Made by a program: the position numbers and the translations under genes. Source: Spirochaetia bacterium (GTDB lineage: Bacteria > Spirochaetota > Spirochaetia > UBA9216). Taken from it: DNA of 64,000 bases. Positions 59,558 to 64,000 of the stretch are shown one piece after another; the first letter of the stretch is position 1, and each line of letters begins with the position of its first letter. The notes below the pieces were generated by a model, which searched no databases, was not told the DNA's origin, and worked only from the letters and a program-made list of their open reading frames with translations. The DNA is taken from contig OZ223267.1 in NCBI GenBank assembly GCA_965140585.1, forward strand, positions 64,001 to 128,000. Reading direction: 5' to 3'.

Positions 59558-60364
59558 TTATTCTGTTCGGTTCCTCATGTGATTTGCTTGAGCCTTATTG
59601 TTGACGGAAACGATTTCTGCTGTAACCGATACGGCAATTTCAGCAGCTGTGTCTCCGCCTATTTTAAGCCCGACCGGTGCGTAGAGGCTTTCCGGAATTC
59701 TTATTCCTTCATCTTTCAACCGGTCAAGTATCATCTTAACCTTCATCTTTGAGCCGATCATTCCAATGTATTTCATTTCAATACCGGACATCAGTACCTG
59801 CCGCAAAACTGTGAGATCGTGCTCGTGGCCGTGAGTGGCTATAAAACAGTATTTGCCGTTTTTCAGTATCGGGACAGCTTCGGATATATCCTCGTATGAA
59901 GCTGTAATTATTCTGCGCGAATCAGAAGCCGTATGTGCGATAATTTTCTGGCGGTTGTCGAATACAGTTATCCTGTATCCTATAAGCTCAAGCATCGGTG
60001 CAAGGGCGGAACCAACATGTCCGCCTCCGAATAGTACAAAATCCGGGTTGCTGTGAAAATGCTCAATGAATATCCGGGCTGTTCCGCCGCAGGACATACC
60101 GGTTTTCTCAAGCTCAATAGTTCTAAGCTCCGGTCCGTTGAGTTCCTTTCTATTCCGAAGTATTTCCACAGCTTCTTCGGACAGCAGCTTTTCAACAGCG
60201 CCTCCTCCGACTGTACCGTAGCGTTCATTCTCAGTTACAAGCATTCTGAATCCTGCCCGTGCCGGAGAACTGCCGTTAACAGATACGACTGTCAGCAGAA
60301 TATATGATGTTCCTGCTTTGTTGAGTTCGGCGCATTTCTGAATTATATCCAAATCTGTAATCAT
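59558..60364 (-). CDS. XdhC/CoxI family molybdoenzyme accessory protein
   Basis: GSSP, GTVGGGAVE, GMSCGG, FGGGHVG, YIGMIGS and APVGLKIGGDTAAEIAVS motifs. Confidence 0.92.
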   Translation of the reverse strand: MITDLDIIQKCAELNKAGTSYILLTVVSVNGSSPARAGFRMLVTENERYGTVGGGAVEKLLSEEAVEILRNRKELNGPELRTIELEKTGMSCGGTARIFIEHFHSNPDFVLFGGGHVGSALAPMLELIGYRITVFDNRQKIIAHTASDSRRIITASYEDISEAVPILKNGKYCFIATHGHEHDLTVLRQVLMSGIEMKYIGMIGSKMKVKMILDRLKDEGIRIPESLYAPVGLKIGGDTAAEIAVSVTAEIVSVNNKAQANHMRNRTE

Positions 60365-60373
60365 ATTCCTGCT

Positions 60374-61198
60374 TCAGCCCTGTCTGTATGAACTGGGCGA
60401 TACCCCTTTTATTTGTTTGAACTGCCTTGAGAAATAATTGCTGTCTTCGTAATGTACCATTGCCGAAATATTGCTGATACTTTTATCTGTATGTTTAAGA
60501 AGTTCACATGCCTTATCTATTCTGATTGTATGAATATAATCTTTCACTGAGGATCCTGTAAGCTTTCTGAATATCCGGTGAAAATTTCTTACAGAGGTCC
60601 CGGCCTCTTCGGCCATCCGCGCGGCGCTTAGTGAAGGCCCGTTTTCAGTTTTCAGATACTCTATGATATAGTTTACCCGCGTTTTTACTGATGTATTTAT
60701 TTTAACATTATCTTCATTATGAATTCTGAGCAGAAGGCAGCACAGCTGACTTAGGCAGGCTTCCGCCATTTTATCATTCATAAACCTGCCGCTGTATATC
60801 TCCTGATCAATTCTGTTGATTAATGAAACGGCCTCGGATTCGATCAGTACCGACAGTTTTAATCCGGTATCAGGCAGCCGGGCAATCATCTTGGAAATAT
60901 ATTCCGGAATATCAGAATTAAGAAGAATATTGATGTAATCAAGATTTTCTGCTTTTAGATACTGATGATGAATACCCTTTCTGACAATAAAGACATCACC
61001 TCTGCAGAGTTTGTATTCTTTATTGTTCAGGATTTGAAGCCCGGTACCTCCTCGAACAAAAATCATTTCAAGAAAATCATGATGATGGTCGGGAAAGGTT
61101 CTGCTGTTTTCAACATGGATCACGCGTATGGGAAGTTTAAAGTCATTAAAAAACTGACTTCCGGGATAATACGGCGCAGACGGTACTTCCAGTTTCAT
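60374..61198 (-). CDS. AraC family regulator with N-terminal cupin domain
   Basis: HHHDFLEMIFV cupin; C-terminal RNFHRIFRKLTG...YFSRQFKQIKGVSPSSYR. Confidence 0.93.
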   Translation of the reverse strand: MKLEVPSAPYYPGSQFFNDFKLPIRVIHVENSRTFPDHHHDFLEMIFVRGGTGLQILNNKEYKLCRGDVFIVRKGIHHQYLKAENLDYINILLNSDIPEYISKMIARLPDTGLKLSVLIESEAVSLINRIDQEIYSGRFMNDKMAEACLSQLCCLLLRIHNEDNVKINTSVKTRVNYIIEYLKTENGPSLSAARMAEEAGTSVRNFHRIFRKLTGSSVKDYIHTIRIDKACELLKHTDKSISNISAMVHYEDSNYFSRQFKQIKGVSPSSYRQG

Positions 61199-61267
61199 GT
61201 CTCAATTATCCTAAGATTAGTCTCAATCGTCAAGGAATGTTTATTCAGATCATTATATGATAGAGAC

Positions 61268-61735
61268 ATGAACAGCGTTACGGTTTTTTCGGTCGAGACC
61301 GAATTTACAAATAATATACTTACAGTTATGCGTGCTTTAAACAGCAGAGGAGACAGAAAGCTGCTTGAAACAGTAATTTCTGATTACAGTGCAGTTCTTC
61401 ATTATATGCAGAAATCCTCTGAGCCCTTCTGCAGCACAGCTGTTGAATTTGAAGTCTGCGGAAGCTTTCTCAGGCTTCAGCAAATCAGATACGGAAAGCG
61501 GCTGCATTACAGTCTGCCTGATTCAGATCAGCCCTGTGAACATACTGTAAAGAAATTTTCAGTATTATCGGTAGTGTCAGAGGCTGTTGACTATATTGCT
61601 GAACAATCGTTTGAAGGCGGATGTATAAGGGTGGAATGTGCTGATGTAATCAGAGTGTTCCTTAAAACTGATGCCGACCATGCTACATCTATAATTGAGT
61701 ATGAGCCGGTCGACAGTATTAATCCGGCCAGTTAA
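61268..61735 (+). CDS. degenerate LytS/YesM-type histidine kinase core (pseudokinase)
   Basis: Start moved to ATG 61268. FLRLQQIRYGKRLHY resembles the His_kinase YLEIQKIRYGDRL motif; H-box and N-box are substituted. Confidence 0.55.
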   Translation: MNSVTVFSVETEFTNNILTVMRALNSRGDRKLLETVISDYSAVLHYMQKSSEPFCSTAVEFEVCGSFLRLQQIRYGKRLHYSLPDSDQPCEHTVKKFSVLSVVSEAVDYIAEQSFEGGCIRVECADVIRVFLKTDADHATSIIEYEPVDSINPAS

Positions 61736-62213
61736 AATCCCTGAGGCGTCCTTCAGTCTCAAGTCCCCCGAAATTCTGCTGACGTAGTGCCTCATAGACT
61801 GCAATTGCCGCAGAGTTTGAAAGGTTAAGCGAACGTGATTCTCCAATCATTGGTATGCGGACGCTTTTGTCAGGATGCTGTACCAGAATACCTTCAGGAA
61901 GTCCTGCGGTTTCACTGCCGAAAATGAGAAAGCAGCCTTTTGAATAACTTATATCCGAGTATCGGTTTCGTGCCTTGGTTGTAAAGAATACAAGTTGACT
62001 TCCCTGCGAATATTCCATAAAGCTGTCTATTGTTTCATGATAATGCACATCAAGCAGGTGCCAGTAATCCAGTCCGGCCCGTTTAAGACTCTTATCATCG
62101 GTTGAAAAGCCCAGCGGTCTTACAAGATGCAGCGAAGTTTCTGTTGCCGCGCAGGTCCGGGCTATGTTTCCTGTATTCTGGGGAATCTGCGGATTTACCA
62201 AGACTATGTTCAT
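61719..62213 (-). CDS. trmL: tRNA (cytidine/uridine-2'-O)-methyltransferase
   Basis: PQIPQNTGNIARTC, LKRAGLDYW, FGSETAGLP and RSLNLSN motifs. Confidence 0.95.
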   Translation of the reverse strand: MNIVLVNPQIPQNTGNIARTCAATETSLHLVRPLGFSTDDKSLKRAGLDYWHLLDVHYHETIDSFMEYSQGSQLVFFTTKARNRYSDISYSKGCFLIFGSETAGLPEGILVQHPDKSVRIPMIGESRSLNLSNSAAIAVYEALRQQNFGGLETEGRLRDFNWPD

Positions 62214-62218
62214 ATGAT

Positions 62219-62701
62219 TTATGCCCGTAGGCTGTTTGAGCTTTTTGCGCTCAGTGTTTCTATCTTCACGCGGAACACTGTAACACTATCGGCGGCTTCG
62301 GCAGGGAAGGGGAAGTCCCCGGGAGCTGCAAACTTAGCTACCACAAGTTTGAGTGCGTTCAGTTTATCAGCTCTTTCTGTCAAAAATTCCGCTTTTCCGA
62401 AAGCTATAACGGATCGGTAATTCATCCCCCAGCTGCAGGGGTTTGAGTTGTCCTCTTTTCCGGCAAGACCCATGTTTTCATCAATTTCGATACAGACTTC
62501 CGGATTATTTTTCAGTAATTCAAGTTTGTATCCTTCGCCAGCACAGTGAAAGTAAAACACCTCTTCGCTGTATCCAAAGTTCAAAGGTACAACATATGGC
62601 GCTCCCTCCGGGGTATTTATTCCCAGCCTGGCGACTTCGGCCCTGTTTAAAATATCTTCAATTTCTTGTTTATCGGTTATTTCCTTTCTGCTTCTTCTCA
62701 T
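62219..62701 (-). CDS. pyridoxamine 5'-phosphate oxidase-like FMN-binding protein (NimA-like)
   Basis: MRRSRKEI, PYVVPLNFGY, YFHCAGEGYK and YRSVIAFG motifs. Confidence 0.88.
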   Translation of the reverse strand: MRRSRKEITDKQEIEDILNRAEVARLGINTPEGAPYVVPLNFGYSEEVFYFHCAGEGYKLELLKNNPEVCIEIDENMGLAGKEDNSNPCSWGMNYRSVIAFGKAEFLTERADKLNALKLVVAKFAAPGDFPFPAEAADSVTVFRVKIETLSAKSSNSLRA

Positions 62702-62741
62702 GCTGAGGATATTACCATAGAATTGTAGAATATATCCAGAA

Positions 62742-63719
62742 TTAGAGCTGTTTTTCCCTTCTAAGCAGATATTTAAGAATCAGCTCTTCAATAGTCTTTG
62801 TTGGACCGGGAATCCGTGCGCGCTCACGGTATTCGGCATTCTTTTTTCTCTGCTTGAAGAATCTGAGCATCTCCCTTGGATCGGCGGTCTCAAAGGTGGA
62901 ATAGAAATTATCAACATGGAGGATGGATTGAATTTTTGATTTATTGATTGAAGAAATATCATTTCGCTGCATCTCTTCTCTTATCTTTGTAAGCTCTTCA
63001 AATGTCAGATTGAACAGAAATTCCTCAAGTGCCTGAAATACTGTAGGATCATTTTCCGAGCTGCTGAGAAAATCAAACCATACCGGATCGATGTTCTGTG
63101 CAATCTGAAGCATCTCGCTCATTCCCATCAGTGTTCCGTATATCGGTGTAAGATGCTTCCTTGATTTCCAGAGAGAGCTCAGCATGGGGGCATAGTCCTC
63201 GGCGGACTGAGTCAGCCTGTATTCCCAGATATTCATCAGTCTTGTCGCCGCGGTAATCTTCAGTTTTTCATCAAGGTCCTTATCCTGGATGAGCGACAGG
63301 TAAACTTCCTCGCTCATCAGGGCAAAGATATTAAGTGTCACCAGGTCTGCAATATCCTGAACTCTTGCCTTCAGCTTCAGAATAGAATCAGATTCATACT
63401 TGAGCATGAGAATGAAGTTGATCTTTGCAATAACATAGCTCCGACCGAGTATGACCTTGGTCGGAACGTACATTACCTGATCTGCGAAATCCATCTCGCA
63501 GATCATTTTAATGAGAGAGTCCATTGTAAACGTTGAATTACCAATTTTTCTTGTATTGTAAAAAGAAGGGTATGATGATATTGCCGAGGCCAGATCGTAG
63601 AGTGATCTGAACCTCGTATCGATATAGTCTGCTTCATCTTTGCGTTTCTTTCTGATTACCTCAAGGGTTGAGTTAATCAGCTCGAGTTCGCTTTCTGAAA
63701 AAACAACTATATCAGCCAT
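62742..63719 (-). CDS. hypothetical protein
   Basis: 325-aa soluble ORF coupled to the upstream gene; no family recognised. Confidence 0.75.
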   Translation of the reverse strand: MADIVVFSESELELINSTLEVIRKKRKDEADYIDTRFRSLYDLASAISSYPSFYNTRKIGNSTFTMDSLIKMICEMDFADQVMYVPTKVILGRSYVIAKINFILMLKYESDSILKLKARVQDIADLVTLNIFALMSEEVYLSLIQDKDLDEKLKITAATRLMNIWEYRLTQSAEDYAPMLSSLWKSRKHLTPIYGTLMGMSEMLQIAQNIDPVWFDFLSSSENDPTVFQALEEFLFNLTFEELTKIREEMQRNDISSINKSKIQSILHVDNFYSTFETADPREMLRFFKQRKKNAEYRERARIPGPTKTIEELILKYLLRREKQL

Positions 63720-63720
63720 A

Positions 63721-64000
63721 TCAATTCCTCATACTGTTTATCGGCGCGGGTATGCGTCCACCTCTATCAATAAATTTCTTTGAGCTGAAATTATTCACAG
63801 CCATTATAGGACCGCTTCCAAGCAGACCGCCGAACTCGACGGTGTCTCCAACCTTCATTCCGGGAGCAGGAATTATCCTGACAGCGGTGGTTTTATTGTT
63901 CACAACGCCGATTGCCGCTTCGTCTGCAATGATTCCGGAAATGGTTTCAGCACTTGTCTCTCCGGGAACTGAAATCATATCAAGCCCAACCGAACATACG
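63721..64000 (-). CDS. PFL-like family protein (UPF0210/DUF711), C-terminal part only
   Basis: [37 protein letters not shown] and GGRIPAP motifs; 5' end lies outside the window. Confidence 0.9.
   Translation of the reverse strand, partial: VCSVGLDMISVPGETSAETISGIIADEAAIGVVNNKTTAVRIIPAPGMKVGDTVEFGGLLGSGPIMAVNNFSSKKFIDRGGRIPAPINSMRN

Noticed and set aside
59558-60364. Xanthine dehydrogenase or selenium-dependent molybdoenzyme cluster
   Set aside because: Only XdhC is present; no catalytic subunits or yqeB/yqeC/selD genes are in the window.
60965-61267. N-terminal 101 aa of the 256-aa ORF
   Set aside because: It overlaps the AraC gene antisense; the plausible protein begins at ATG 61268.

Overview
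A 64-kb stretch of bacterial chromosome, most likely from a free-living, anaerobic Spirochaetota member (inferred from the rpsB-tsf-frr-uppS-cdsA order without pyrH, the many lipoproteins and the XPB helicase pair). Core segments (1-22 kb: translation, lipid carrier, xth, cell-wall cluster, icd, aroE, XPB; 49-64 kb: typA, 2-oxoacid:ferredoxin oxidoreductase operon, trmL) flank an accessory segment (about 29-49 kb). That segment holds surface lipoproteins (DUF1566, 8x InlB B-repeat, DUF285/BspA), two damaged genes and a TetR-thiolase-DUF35 unit with visible operators. I found no rRNA, tRNA, CRISPR array, transposase, integrase or reverse transcriptase. Best leads: (1) a four-gene operon of truncated PspA, SPFH+GYF_2, tandem TerB and a double RanBP2-zinc-finger membrane protein; (2) a soluble protein joining MotA cytoplasmic segments to a FliG C-terminal-like domain; (3) a degenerate LytS-type pseudokinase divergent from an AraC gene; (4) about eight apparently leaderless genes; (5) a T10 tract that frameshifts the signal peptide of an MltD-like transglycosylase. 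All family assignments come from motif recognition by eye; no database searches were run.
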